Made by a program: the position numbers and the translations under genes. Positions 10,415-21,686 of a stretch of 64,000 nucleotides of DNA are shown in pieces. The first letter of the stretch is position 1, and every line of letters starts with the position of its first letter. Where the stretch lies: the IMG/VR virus record IMGVR_UViG_3300022890_000011, positions 32,001 through 96,000 of that record; one strand, 5' to 3'. The notes below the pieces were generated by a model that worked only from the letters and a program-made list of their open reading frames with translations, ran no database searches and had not been told where the DNA came from. This DNA is from a virus.

Positions 10415-10980
10415 AAATTATATTTAATTTTAACTTCTTTTAAAGCTTCTTTATATGTATTATTTTGTGGATATTTATCACATAACATTTGTATAGATTG
10501 TGTAATTTTTAATTTATTTCCTTTAGATGACATACCTCTCCCAATAATAGTATATGAAAATCCATCAATAATTTTATTAGCTGATAAATTACAATTATTA
10601 ATATCTTCTAGATCTTCATTATTTGGTAATCTATATGATGTATATGTAAATATTTTAGGTTTACATTTTTCTATAATATCAGTTAAATCTAAAGGATAAA
10701 TAGCATTTAAATGTTCTGCACAAAATTGATATCTAGAATCTTTTTTCTCAAATTCTAATATAATTGTTTTATATGTGTCATTGTGTTCACTTATAAAATT
10801 GTCAAGATAACTTTTAATTTTATCATAATTTGTAAAATCTTTTTCAGATATTCTATTTTCTTCTGTAAGAATGTGCATCCAGTAGCTTCTAACATTATCT
10901 TCATAAGGCCATTCTGGTGGTTTAATACCTAATCCAGTCCAGTTATTATTTTCATTTAAAAATTGGTCAAATTTTTTCAT
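10411..10980 (-). CDS. CTS-tagged hypothetical protein
   Basis: MKKFDQFLNE ... KIKYNL. Confidence 0.6.
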   Translation of the reverse strand: MKKFDQFLNENNNWTGLGIKPPEWPYEDNVRSYWMHILTEENRISEKDFTNYDKIKSYLDNFISEHNDTYKTIILEFEKKDSRYQFCAEHLNAIYPLDLTDIIEKCKPKIFTYTSYRLPNNEDLEDINNCNLSANKIIDGFSYTIIGRGMSSKGNKLKITQSIQMLCDKYPQNNTYKEALKEVKIKYNL

Positions 10981-11864
10981 AATAAGTTCATTTTTTCAAT
11001 AAAAACATAAATATCCATACTTGTTTTACCTCTTACTCTTTTATGTTTATCTATTTCATCAGCAGTAAATGCTTCAATAGTTTTATATGTTCCTTTTAAT
11101 TCTTTGTTATCAAAGACTTTTACACTTTTATTTATAGTACCTATGGCACCAATTAAGAATATCCAATTATCACCTAGAACACTTTTCATAATAGATATTT
11201 TAAGTAATTTATCATCACCAACTTGCTTTCTAGTTTCTTGCATTAATTCAGTTGCCCAAGGATTGTAAAGATCTATCATTTGATCTGTATCTTTAATATC
11301 AATTTTAGTGATAGTAGTTTCTTTACCAATTGTTGTTTTTTCTTCTGATTCAATTTTACCAGATTGTATAAGTTTATTTTGATTTCTTCTTATTTCGTTA
11401 AAATCAGCTTTTTGTATTGTCCTTTCTGACATCACTCTATCATTCATTTTATAATCTTTGGGTGGTAATCTAAAGAAGTTTCCTGTGAATGTCATATGTT
11501 CTATATTTGATACATTGAATAACCTCCAAACTTTTTCATTACTTCCACCACCACTATGAGAGTAACCTTGAACATGCCATCCTCTTAAAAGTGTATTCTT
11601 TGTATTTTTATTAATACCTAAATTCATTGGATATATAACTCTTTCTCCACCTCCACCTTTATCATCTTCACCTTCATATTTTATTAGTATTATCATGCCA
11701 TTTTTAATAGCTTGAATAAGTTTTGCTTCATTATATGGTATTCTTTTATTGATAGGGAAATTTGGAACAATATCCATAATTTCTTGTGATTCAAATACTC
11801 TATATTTTGGAACGAAAATTGAATCGTTTTTTGTAGATTCTTTATGTTGTTTAAATTTTTTCAT
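10977..11864 (-). CDS. WYL-like (SH3-fold) domain protein with CTS-like N-terminus
   Basis: IKYEG...ERVIYPMNLG...LLRGW...WRLFNVSNI pattern resembles a WYL domain; ends EKMNLL. Confidence 0.5.
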   Translation of the reverse strand: MKKFKQHKESTKNDSIFVPKYRVFESQEIMDIVPNFPINKRIPYNEAKLIQAIKNGMIILIKYEGEDDKGGGGERVIYPMNLGINKNTKNTLLRGWHVQGYSHSGGGSNEKVWRLFNVSNIEHMTFTGNFFRLPPKDYKMNDRVMSERTIQKADFNEIRRNQNKLIQSGKIESEEKTTIGKETTITKIDIKDTDQMIDLYNPWATELMQETRKQVGDDKLLKISIMKSVLGDNWIFLIGAIGTINKSVKVFDNKELKGTYKTIEAFTADEIDKHKRVRGKTSMDIYVFIEKMNLL

Positions 11865-12969
11865 TAAAAATAAAATTCATTTTTTCTTCTATATTATCAG
11901 TATATTTAATCCTTAAAAGTTTAATATTTTTCTCTTCGCAGAATTTTGTTTTAATTTTATCGTGTTTTTTCACGTAGTTTAAATTTTCGACACCACCAAA
12001 ATATTCAATTGGTTTAAAATGTTGTATGCCATCATATTCTATACACATGTTTAAATTATCAAGATAAAAATCAAATGGTAATTTATTTTTATCAATACAA
12101 TCATTAAATTTTTTTTGTTTAGTATAGTTAAGATTGTTCTTTTTTAAAAATTTTGTTATAAATTTTTCTCCTTTACTTTCTTTACAAACAGGACAACCGT
12201 GTCCAGATAGATGTGAGTTTGGTGTTTGTTCAAATACACCATGTTTTTTACAAATAATTTTAACTTTTGTTGTTGCATTAAAATAATCAACCATTGAATA
12301 GTTATATTTATGTTCATGTGTTTTGATTGAATCTTTTATGAATTGTGTATTTGATTTTTTAAGTTTAATATGTGTGGATTCATTTCCACATAAATCACAA
12401 CCAAAACCTTTATGGTGATTTGATGGTGTTTGTTCAAAAATGCCATGTTTAGGACAAATTATTTTCACATTTACTTTTGCTGTAATATATTTTACTAAAA
12501 AATAATCGTATTTATTTCCGTGTATTTTTCTTGATTTATTAATGAAATGGTTTGAATCTTTCGAATATTTTGTTGAAAGATTTTCATATGAACATTTTTT
12601 ACAACCAGACATATTACTAATATGAGATTTTGGTGTTTGTTTAAAAATACCATGTTTTTTACATATAATTTTAACTTTGGTGTTGTAATTAATATAATTA
12701 ACTTTTGAATAATCGTATTTATCGCCATGTATATTTTTAGATTTTTCAATAAATTCTTCTGTCGTTAATTTTTTATTACCATTACATTTTGAGCAACCAC
12801 TTGTTCTTAAATGTTTATTTGGTGTTTGTTCAAAAATACCATGTATTTTACATATAATTTTAACTTTAGTATTATAATTAACATAATTTACTAAAGAGTA
12901 ATCATATTTATCACCATGTATTTTAATAGATTCATTTATGAATTCTTCTATTGTTTTCTTTTTTCTCAT
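11851..12969 (-). mobile_element. Free-standing homing-type endonuclease (repeated Zn-binding modules + Vsr/PD-(D/E)XK-like nuclease)
   Basis: Four repeats of HGDKYDYSxVxY..KVKIICxxHGxFEQTPxxH...GCxxC, then FDFYL...CIEYDGIQHF. Confidence 0.75.
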
Positions 12970-13001
12970 AATAATATATATTTTAATTTAAAAATGAAAT
13001 A

Positions 13002-13721
13002 TTATAATTTATTGGTCTTCATCATTTCTTTAACAAGTAAAGAATCAATAATATCATCAAAAGGTTTCGGTATTGTTTTTGTTGTTAGTATTTCTTTTTG
13101 GTTTTCTTCACAAAATTTAAATGCAGGACTATTTATATCACCTTCTAACATAGCTAAAAACATTTCTTTTTTATTAAATTCACCACCACTAATTCCTTGT
13201 TTATTTGTCGCAGGTGGTTGTGTTTTTAATGGTTCTCCAGTTCTTTTATTTAAAAGAACTTCGGGTTTACCATATACCATCTCACATGTTAGAGTTTTTA
13301 ATCTTTTTGGTGATATAACTCTAAAGTCTTTTATTTTTGGTATATTTTCGAAAATTTTTAATCTTATTGATTGTCCTAAACCAACTAAATCAATTATTGG
13401 ACCAGGAGAAGATTTGAAACCATATGAATATCCTTCAATACCTATATTTGTATTTTCATTTAAATCTATAACTGAAAGTATGTCTTTCAATACCATTTCA
13501 GAAATTTGACTAAATGTTTGTAATTTATAGAATTCACTTTCACTATAAATATCAGATGTATAATAAGTAAATTGTGTGTATTTAATTTGGTCTTTTGTTT
13601 TTTTAATCCATTTATAACCTAAATCTTTTGTAGTATAATTAAAAAGAAAGTCACCTTTATTAGATTCAACTGAAATAGCTGTTGAAGCTTTTGATGGATC
13701 AATTCCGATGTAATTGTTCAT
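13002..13721 (-). CDS. RuvC-like Holliday junction resolvase
   Basis: YIGIDPS, IGIEGYSY and DDIIDS acidic catalytic motifs of the RNase H/RuvC fold. Confidence 0.7.
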   Translation of the reverse strand: MNNYIGIDPSKASTAISVESNKGDFLFNYTTKDLGYKWIKKTKDQIKYTQFTYYTSDIYSESEFYKLQTFSQISEMVLKDILSVIDLNENTNIGIEGYSYGFKSSPGPIIDLVGLGQSIRLKIFENIPKIKDFRVISPKRLKTLTCEMVYGKPEVLLNKRTGEPLKTQPPATNKQGISGGEFNKKEMFLAMLEGDINSPAFKFCEENQKEILTTKTIPKPFDDIIDSLLVKEMMKTNKL

Positions 13722-13772
13722 ATTTCGTATTTATTTTTAAATATATATTATTAAATACCAATCTAAATAAAA

Positions 13773-14243
13773 ATGATTATAAATTTTAATAATTTTATAA
13801 ATGAAAAATTAGATATTTCTGATATTGAATTATATAATACTACTATGTATGATATTGAAACTGAAATTACAAATTTAGAATATGAAATTGAAGAATTAAA
13901 AACAAAAAAAGAAGAATTCAAGGATCTACATAAGAAATTATTTTTAGAAATTATAGATCTAACAGTTAAATATGGTGAAAAATTAGATTCAGATTGTTAT
14001 AATTTAAAAATTAAAGGTATAGGAGAGTTTGATAAAATAACAATATATTTAGAAAAAGAAACAAATATTGAGGATTCTTATATAGAATTAGAAACATTTA
14101 AAAATAATAAACCTGGACCTAGTGCATCAGGTAGTGTTTATGATTTTGAAGTAGATGGTCTTGAAATTTTATATAAATATTTTTGCAATTTACCAGAAGA
14201 CTTAACACCTTATTTAGAAGCAGGAAAAATGGGACTAATGTAA
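13773..14243 (+). CDS. Dual-tagged hypothetical protein (MIINFNNFINE... / ...EAGKMGLM)
   Basis: Terminal motifs. Confidence 0.65.
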   Translation: MIINFNNFINEKLDISDIELYNTTMYDIETEITNLEYEIEELKTKKEEFKDLHKKLFLEIIDLTVKYGEKLDSDCYNLKIKGIGEFDKITIYLEKETNIEDSYIELETFKNNKPGPSASGSVYDFEVDGLEILYKYFCNLPEDLTPYLEAGKMGLM

Positions 14244-14245
14244 TA

Positions 14246-14536
14246 TTAAGAGTGTAATTTTTCTAATAATTTTTCATTTAAAAATTTTTCAATTAAATTG
14301 CATAAATGTAACCTGCCAACAAGATTTTCATCTTCATTTATACATCTAAAACCAGAACCATTATAACAAAATAAATCAATATTTTCAGTTAGTTTGATAC
14401 CTTTAAATAATAAATGAGCTAGTTGTTCATTATTACAATCTATTATTAAATCTCTAAGTTTTTTATTTATCTTAGTGTCATAATTTTTGTGATATAATTC
14501 ATGTAATACTTCTCTTATCATTTCAATATTATCCAT
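14246..14536 (-). CDS. Hypothetical protein
   Basis: 96 aa ORF coupled to the large upstream gene. Confidence 0.5.
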   Translation of the reverse strand: MDNIEMIREVLHELYHKNYDTKINKKLRDLIIDCNNEQLAHLLFKGIKLTENIDLFCYNGSGFRCINEDENLVGRLHLCNLIEKFLNEKLLEKLHS

Positions 14537-14537
14537 T

Positions 14538-17500
14538 TTAGTAATCTAGATTTTCATCAACATACAAGTAACCTTTTTCATCAAAGAAATAATATCCACC
14601 TCCTACATTAATATAAGGATAACTATCACCAGATGCGATAGCTGATATTCTTAAATTATTATTTATTAGATGTAGATTTCTTGCTAATTTTGTATTATAC
14701 ATTTCATTATTAGTCATTCCGATACCATCTTCATTATAGTAATTTGTTTCAATATAGATATAAGGATCTACATCTTTATTTATTACGAAACTATATGGTT
14801 CTAAATCATTTTTTTGTAATTTTATATATTGTTCTGGTGCTAGTTTTAAACTACCAATAGAGTCATTTTTATATTCCTCCATCATTTCTGGATACCATGT
14901 TCCTATTGGTTGTACTTCTGAACTAACCCAATCTTCTTCTTCAATAACTTCATATATTTCTCTTGTATCATTTAAACTGAATGTTTTAATTTTACAAGTC
15001 CATCCACTTGGGATAAAATTGTCATTGGTATAAAAATTCAATGTTGTTAAATAACTTTCACCAAAGTTTTGTGTTAATGTTTTGTAAAAATGCACTACAG
15101 ATGTTGTTCTGGTAACATCAAAAGCCATTGATTGATTACTAACATCATTATTAAGATATAAATTTGTATTTGTTGTAGCAACCCCCGTTATGTCAATTAT
15201 ATTTGTTGATAATGGTAATATATTTCTTTTTAACCATCTTTTTAATCCATTTAATTTATATAATGCTTCATCAAATGTATACATTTCAACATTATCTCCA
15301 TTTTCATCAGTTAATTTATAAGCAAGATTAAATAGATTCGTTTTTTTCATGACTTCCTTTTCTTTAGGAGTTCTAATATAGTCATAAGTGTTCCAACCCT
15401 CAACACTATTATCAAAAATATCAGGTATTAAGACTTTATGTAATTTTTCATACATTGGAGATGTAGGATCAGCAGTACGATAATATTCATATAATTCTAG
15501 ATCATTATATCCGAAATAATTAATTGCATTGATTAAAGCTTTATAAGAACCTACATAATTCCATATTTCTGGATATACGGCTAACATTTCTTTTCTTTTT
15601 CTATTTAAAAGAATGTAATCTATTCCTTGTTCTTTAACATCAGATTCTTTAAAAATATATTCTAATTCTTCGCCTATGTCAACACCAATATTATGTAATC
15701 CTATATCAAATCTAATATCTTCAACTTCTGTTTGACCATAAATTGGACATCTTAAAATAGTCTTAGGTTCAACTTTAATTTTAAATTTATAACCATTTGT
15801 ATTTCCACTAGAATTAAATATAGTGAATCCAGTTATTCCTGTTAATTGTATTTCAACTTTTCCTGCCGTTATTATTTTATACTCTTGAGGATTTTCAAAA
15901 ATAGTTTCACCGGTTGTTGACAAATCATCAAATCTAAGTGACACAAATTGATCTTTTTCAAAACCTAATTTAACAAAACTAAAATTTGGTTGATTAGGAT
16001 TTGTTATTCTTAATAAACCAGTTTCATCTAATGAAAATTGTATACTATTATTATTTTCATCATTATTTGTTGTTCCACTATAAATAATATTTTCAATTTT
16101 CTCTAATAGTAAAACATTATTAGTAACACCTTCATTTTCTCCCTTAAAACCAACAAATGTTTGTAATGGTATTGGAATATAATTAGCATTACTAGAATCA
16201 TATTGATCTAAAAGATATTTAACTTCTTCGAATACTGTTTGTTGTCTTGATGGGTCATTAACATAATTAATATCCATATTTGGATACCAGTTTAGATATA
16301 AATTATTTGGGTTATTTTTATCAAATAATGGTTTTGAACCTGTATACATTCTTGTTGTTATCGTATTTCCTGTTGTGTCTACAGGTGGATAATTTTCTAA
16401 TTGTTCTCCTGAAAAATCATATAAAAACATTGAACTATCATAATCTTCTTCCCATCTAAATCTATAATAAATATCTTTATAATAACTTTCTCTAGGTTTT
16501 CTTAAAAATTCTCTAGATTGTATTATAGTATGTTCTGAACTTGAAAATATATTGAAATCATTATTAAATGAATTATCAAACGAATATCGTGTGGTTGTAT
16601 AATGTCCTTGGTATGATAATTGCATTATAGTTTCTGATAAACCAATAATATTATATTCGTGATTATTAGTAAAGAATGTATCACCACTGATAGCAACAAT
16701 CATTCCTGTTGAAAATCTTTTATCAAAGAAAGTTGTACTACCTGTAGGTGGTAATGTTCTTATTTCACTTCCTGTCACAATTATTCCTTGTGATTGTATT
16801 TCTGATAATATTTCATAATTAGAAAATGTATTAACATTTATTTCAAGATTCCAAACAGATATATTTGGATATTGTCCTTGAATAGTTAATGTATCAGCAG
16901 AACTTGATAAATTAAATCCTTTAGTAGTAAATGCATTTTGATATTCATCAATAAAATCAGTTAATGTTTGTTCTGTATTTGCACTAAACGAAATATAACT
17001 TTCCATGTTATTTAAGTTAATCCTAAATCCATATTCTTGATTATTAGTTGATAAGTCAAATTGTATTTGAGTACTGTATACTTGCGCATTTTCAGCACTA
17101 TAAACAGGCAACCATTGGCTATATAATTTATCTTGCATTTTAATATAGTATCTAGGTAATGTTGAACCTGTAAAAGTTATACCAGAATCGTCATTGATAT
17201 ATAATTTTAAATTATCGAAATATAATTCATAACTATTATCATAACTATATAAAGATTCGACTGTTATTTCTGTGTCTCCTGATGTACCACCACTATAAAC
17301 ATCTATGCCATATCTATTATTTAATAATGTTTTATATTTAATATTAAATGCTTCGATAGTATTTGCGTAAGTATCTAATACTTCTTGTGTGAATTCTACT
17401 TTAGTATCAGCTAAATAACAAATTGCATCACCAGTAAAATCAGAAGATTCTACTGTTGTAGTATCACAAATTAATTTATCTATTTTAGGTCTTTTTAACC

Positions 17501-19022
17501 TAAACATATATTCTTGTGAGTTTTCTTCTATAATATAATTAGTTAATTCATATCTTGTTGTTCTTAAATTATAAGGAACTGGATTTTTATTTGTTGTTCC
17601 GTCTGATTTGGTATATGTTAATGATTCATTTTCAATTGTATATAAATCAATTGTTCTGTACATCCAGATAGCATCTAAACTTTTTTGTTCAATGTATGTA
17701 TTTCCTCTGTCTTGTGCTTTTGCAACAACACTATCTTTCCATACTTTACTGCCTTCAATTCTACTCTCCCAATATTCAATTCTTAGATCTTTCCATTTCT
17801 TAACTGTGTTAAATGTTATTGTTCTATTATTTAATTGACTGGTTATACCAGAAAAAATAAATTGATCTCCAGTACTAAAAAAATCTTCATTTGTTAATCC
17901 TGATAGTTCAATATAGTAATCATATGTTTGATATTTTCTTGGCATTGTAGATGGTGGTGTAGTTGGATTTGTTGAAACCATCGGAAAACTTCTATTGTTG
18001 TTAAAACTTTTTGATCTAGAAGCCGAATCATTATATTCTTTTATGAATGTAACAGCAGTTGTTAAAATATTATCATATTCAACAACTTCTATAACTTTAT
18101 AAATTGGATTTGAAGCAAATGTTAAATCACCAGTATAATCTTCAAACATTATTTCTTGTCCTTCTTGTAATTCTAATATTTCTTTATCTGTGTTTAATAA
18201 TGAATTTAACCCTAAATCAAATAATATTACAGCAGTTGTGCCAGTTCCATATGATGTATTATCAATTGTAACACCACCTTTATAAACAGTTGGTCTTTCA
18301 GTTCTAACATCGAATTCTAATTTTAATTCATTTCCTGTTTGTCCTGTTGGTAATGAACAATAGTTCTGGTAAAATATTTCTGTTAAACCTATATCTAAAA
18401 CATCATTTAATCCATCATTTGTATCTGATCCAACAATCGTCAATGTTTGACCACTATAAATATTAAATCCTAAAAAATCTGTAGCAGTATCACCAGAGTA
18501 ATCATTCCATGCAATATAATTGAGACTATCTAGAGCCCATGTATTTGCACTATATGAATATGTATATAAATCATTTTGAGTTTGTGTTAAAACTGAAACT
18601 GCACCAGGTCTTGTGTCAACTATTGTATAAAAATCTTTATTAAAATCTGATGTTAAGCTAGGTCCACTGAATTTCACTATTGTTCCGATAGGATACTTTC
18701 TATCGAAATTTTCTCCAAAAATCCATTTCGAATGAAAATCACTACTTTCATTAATCTTTTGTATATTTGTAATTGTGTTTCCGCTATATGTTTCACCGAA
18801 AAATCTTATACCGTCGTAGTTATATAGTTCTATATTTCGAAATTCAAATGTATCTTCATATGTTATTGGTCTTACAGTTTCGAAAGTGTAGAATGATAAT
18901 GTTTTGAATGTATCGTTACTATTTACTGGAAAAAATAATTTTCCATTATATCTATCTGCTTCTGCATCATAAATAAAATTGTACGGATATCCTTTAGAAT
19001 TAAAGAAAAGTAAATTTTTCAC
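14538..19022 (-). CDS. Large virion structural protein, baseplate-wedge-like
   Basis: 1494 aa, T/S/N/Y-rich beta character; C-terminal YVGSYKALINAINYFGY segment reminiscent of wedge proteins; TTAATATATA at 19045-19054 (-). Confidence 0.55.
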   Translation of the reverse strand: MKNLLFFNSKGYPYNFIYDAEADRYNGKLFFPVNSNDTFKTLSFYTFETVRPITYEDTFEFRNIELYNYDGIRFFGETYSGNTITNIQKINESSDFHSKWIFGENFDRKYPIGTIVKFSGPSLTSDFNKDFYTIVDTRPGAVSVLTQTQNDLYTYSYSANTWALDSLNYIAWNDYSGDTATDFLGFNIYSGQTLTIVGSDTNDGLNDVLDIGLTEIFYQNYCSLPTGQTGNELKLEFDVRTERPTVYKGGVTIDNTSYGTGTTAVILFDLGLNSLLNTDKEILELQEGQEIMFEDYTGDLTFASNPIYKVIEVVEYDNILTTAVTFIKEYNDSASRSKSFNNNRSFPMVSTNPTTPPSTMPRKYQTYDYYIELSGLTNEDFFSTGDQFIFSGITSQLNNRTITFNTVKKWKDLRIEYWESRIEGSKVWKDSVVAKAQDRGNTYIEQKSLDAIWMYRTIDLYTIENESLTYTKSDGTTNKNPVPYNLRTTRYELTNYIIEENSQEYMFRLKRPKIDKLICDTTTVESSDFTGDAICYLADTKVEFTQEVLDTYANTIEAFNIKYKTLLNNRYGIDVYSGGTSGDTEITVESLYSYDNSYELYFDNLKLYINDDSGITFTGSTLPRYYIKMQDKLYSQWLPVYSAENAQVYSTQIQFDLSTNNQEYGFRINLNNMESYISFSANTEQTLTDFIDEYQNAFTTKGFNLSSSADTLTIQGQYPNISVWNLEINVNTFSNYEILSEIQSQGIIVTGSEIRTLPPTGSTTFFDKRFSTGMIVAISGDTFFTNNHEYNIIGLSETIMQLSYQGHYTTTRYSFDNSFNNDFNIFSSSEHTIIQSREFLRKPRESYYKDIYYRFRWEEDYDSSMFLYDFSGEQLENYPPVDTTGNTITTRMYTGSKPLFDKNNPNNLYLNWYPNMDINYVNDPSRQQTVFEEVKYLLDQYDSSNANYIPIPLQTFVGFKGENEGVTNNVLLLEKIENIIYSGTTNNDENNNSIQFSLDETGLLRITNPNQPNFSFVKLGFEKDQFVSLRFDDLSTTGETIFENPQEYKIITAGKVEIQLTGITGFTIFNSSGNTNGYKFKIKVEPKTILRCPIYGQTEVEDIRFDIGLHNIGVDIGEELEYIFKESDVKEQGIDYILLNRKRKEMLAVYPEIWNYVGSYKALINAINYFGYNDLELYEYYRTADPTSPMYEKLHKVLIPDIFDNSVEGWNTYDYIRTPKEKEVMKKTNLFNLAYKLTDENGDNVEMYTFDEALYKLNGLKRWLKRNILPLSTNIIDITGVATTNTNLYLNNDVSNQSMAFDVTRTTSVVHFYKTLTQNFGESYLTTLNFYTNDNFIPSGWTCKIKTFSLNDTREIYEVIEEEDWVSSEVQPIGTWYPEMMEEYKNDSIGSLKLAPEQYIKLQKNDLEPYSFVINKDVDPYIYIETNYYNEDGIGMTNNEMYNTKLARNLHLINNNLRISAIASGDSYPYINVGGGYYFFDEKGYLYVDENLDY

Positions 19023-19147
19023 AAATCTTAATTTGATTTTTACTTATATATTAAATATGATTCACTAAAACAAATTAATATTTCTTATAGAAAAAATAAA
19101 CTTTTTGGGTGTTGTCTTTTATAAGTAACAAAATAAATACATTTTGA

Positions 19148-19426
19148 ATGGAAATAAATTTAAGAGATAACATCATTTTTTGCAAATATACTAATTATAC
19201 AGACATGAAGAAAGTAATATTAAAATTTATAATGGATTCTAAAACTGATAGAATTTTATATAAAGGTAACCCTAGTGATGTTAATTACAAATTATTGAAA
19301 AAAGTGTTACCAGAAAAAAATGATGATTTTTATAATCATGTCGAAGAAGGTGAAACAATAAGAGATACTTTTAATAATTTTATTAATTTAATTGAATGTG
19401 AATATTGTTTAATTTATAAAAAGTAA
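19148..19426 (+). CDS. Hypothetical protein
   Basis: 92 aa ORF. Confidence 0.45.
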   Translation: MEINLRDNIIFCKYTNYTDMKKVILKFIMDSKTDRILYKGNPSDVNYKLLKKVLPEKNDDFYNHVEEGETIRDTFNNFINLIECEYCLIYKK

Positions 19427-19477
19427 GTATTCGTATAATCATTTTTTAATATATAGATAAAATTGAATTTTTTTATT

Positions 19478-21610
19478 ATGACAGGAATGACTCTTACTGA
19501 TCTAGCTCAATATATTGAAGACTGGGTTTATACTAATAATACTGGTGCAATTACAGGTGATATCCTTCAACAAGTACTACAAGAAGTAACATGGACAATA
19601 CCTTTATCTGGTGCAACAAATTTTAATATAAATGGATTAACAACCGGTGAAACACTAGTTTATGATGGTTCTCAATGGATTAATTCAGGCAGAACAGAAG
19701 TTATAGGATTAACTGATTTAACTGATGTAACATTAAGTGGAGTAACATCAGATGAGACATTAGTTTATGATGGTTCTCAATGGATTAATAGTGCTGTAAC
19801 ATTAATTGATGGTTCTACTTTTGAGATACAGGTTAATTCCGGTGGTTCTTTTACAACAGATTCTGGTTTTACATATAATTTTGATACATATTCATTTACA
19901 GGTGGTGTTAATAGTGTAGCAGCAAGTGCTCACACATTCGCATTTGGTAAAGGTAATACTGCAAGTGGAGATCAATCAGCAACTTTAGGTGGATATTTAA
20001 ATACTGCAAGTGGTTTATATAGTATTGCTATTGGTGGTACACACAACATTGCAAGTGGTATGCATTCATTTGCTGCTGGTGGTGGTTCTACGACAAGTGG
20101 TGATGATGCTTTCTCGTTTGGTGCAGGTAATGAAGCAAGTGGAAATTATTGCGTTTCTTTTGGTGGTACCGCAAGTGGTACTTACTCATTCGCTGGAGGT
20201 AGTACTGGTAATGTGTCAGCAAGTGCCTATACTTTCGCTTTTGGTAAAGATAATACATCAAGTGGAGATTATTCAGTTGTTTTTTGTAAAGATAATATTG
20301 CGAGTGGAACTGCTTCATTTGTAACTGGTTCAGGAAATACGGCAGAAGCTTTACATTCAGCGATAATAGGTGGTAGAAATAATTCTATAGAACCATTAAA
20401 TAATAGTTATAATGTTATTTTGGGTTCTTTAGATTCATCTATTTTATCAAAATCTAGTTCTTCATTTATTTTTAGTTCAATTAATTCAAATGTTTTTGGA
20501 TTTTCTTCTGGTATATTAGCAAGTTCTTCTTCTGAAATTGGTGGAATTTCTTCTTCTCGTTGTCTTATATTAGGTGGTATTTCTAATATAATATCTGGTA
20601 CTAGTTCAAATACTAATAATTCACTGATTTCTTCATCTGAGTGTGATATTTTATCATCAAGTTATTGTAGTATGGTAGGTACTAGAAGTAGTTTGATAGA
20701 TGGTGGAACATATAGTGTAATATTAGGTGGTATGTCAAATGTTAATACTGGTAGAAGTTGTGTTGTAGGTGGTGAAAATTCATCAGTGGGTGGTACTATG
20801 TCATTTGCTTTCGGGGATACTTGTATATCGAGTGGTTCTTTATCATTTGCATTTGGTAAAAATAGTATATCAAGTGAAGATTATTCAACAGTATTAGGTG
20901 GTTTAAATAATACAGCAAGTGGAATGTATAGTGTTGCTATTGGTGGTGTAAGTAATACTGCAAGTGGTATGCATTCATTTGCTGCTGGTGGTGGTTCTAC
21001 GACAAGTGGTGACGATGCTTTCTCGTTTGGTGCAGGTAATGAAGCAAGTGGAAATTATAGTGTTTCTTTTGGTGGTACTGCAAGTGGTATGCATTCATTC
21101 GCTGGAGGTGGAGGTGATAGTGTAGCAGCAAATGCTCACACATTCGCTTTTGGTAAAAGTAACACAGCAAGTGGTGATGGTTCAATTGCAGTAGGTAATA
21201 CTACAACAGTAAGTGGTTCATATTCTCAAGCTTTTGGTATAGGTGTATTAATAAGTGGAAATTATTCAACGGGGTTTGGTAAAGATAATACTGCAAGTGG
21301 TTATTATTCATTCGTAGGTGGTCAAAGTTCAGTAGCAGCGAGTGCTTATACATTTGCTTTTGGTAAAAATAATACATCAAGTGGTGATTATTCAGTATCA
21401 TTAGGTGGTATTAATAACGCTGCTATTCATGAAGGTTCAATTATTTTAGGTGGTTCTGGTTTAACATCTCTAGCAATAGATACGGTTTATATTCCATCAT
21501 TTGAGATTACAACATCAGGTGAAACTTGTTTCATTATGAAAGATGCTTATTCTGGTGATAGATATAAAATGATTTTAAGTGGTGGTACATTAGTAGCACA
21601 AGCAGTATAA
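19478..21610 (+). CDS. Tail fibre/spike with YadA-head-like (ASGxxSxAxG) repeats
   Basis: Many ~14-aa NxASGxYSxAxG repeats; N-terminal LTDLTDV / LVYDGSQWINS fibre motifs; likely ATG 19478. Confidence 0.7.
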   Translation: MTGMTLTDLAQYIEDWVYTNNTGAITGDILQQVLQEVTWTIPLSGATNFNINGLTTGETLVYDGSQWINSGRTEVIGLTDLTDVTLSGVTSDETLVYDGSQWINSAVTLIDGSTFEIQVNSGGSFTTDSGFTYNFDTYSFTGGVNSVAASAHTFAFGKGNTASGDQSATLGGYLNTASGLYSIAIGGTHNIASGMHSFAAGGGSTTSGDDAFSFGAGNEASGNYCVSFGGTASGTYSFAGGSTGNVSASAYTFAFGKDNTSSGDYSVVFCKDNIASGTASFVTGSGNTAEALHSAIIGGRNNSIEPLNNSYNVILGSLDSSILSKSSSSFIFSSINSNVFGFSSGILASSSSEIGGISSSRCLILGGISNIISGTSSNTNNSLISSSECDILSSSYCSMVGTRSSLIDGGTYSVILGGMSNVNTGRSCVVGGENSSVGGTMSFAFGDTCISSGSLSFAFGKNSISSEDYSTVLGGLNNTASGMYSVAIGGVSNTASGMHSFAAGGGSTTSGDDAFSFGAGNEASGNYSVSFGGTASGMHSFAGGGGDSVAANAHTFAFGKSNTASGDGSIAVGNTTTVSGSYSQAFGIGVLISGNYSTGFGKDNTASGYYSFVGGQSSVAASAYTFAFGKNNTSSGDYSVSLGGINNAAIHEGSIILGGSGLTSLAIDTVYIPSFEITTSGETCFIMKDAYSGDRYKMILSGGTLVAQAV
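20050..21089 (+). repeat. Near-identical ~130 bp internal duplication in the fibre gene (20050-20180 and 20959-21089)
   Basis: tgcaagtggtatgcattcatttgctgctggtggtggttctacgacaagtggtga[t/c]gatgctttctcgtttggtgcaggtaatgaagcaagtggaaattat present twice. Confidence 0.85.
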
Positions 21611-21686
21611 TGTTTAATTTTAGTAGAAAAATGGACATTAATTAAACTTTTAGTTTAAATTAAAGTAAATACCAAAAATACACAAA

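Noticed and set aside
20050-21089. Duplicated segment in the fibre gene as a DGR template/variable repeat pair
   Set aside because: Both copies are coding and internal with very few differences, and there is no reverse transcriptase in the window
20010-21401. His/Tyr/Leu-rich alternative-frame ORFs within the fibre gene
   Set aside because: By-products of the repetitive Ser/Gly/Ala codons of the real gene
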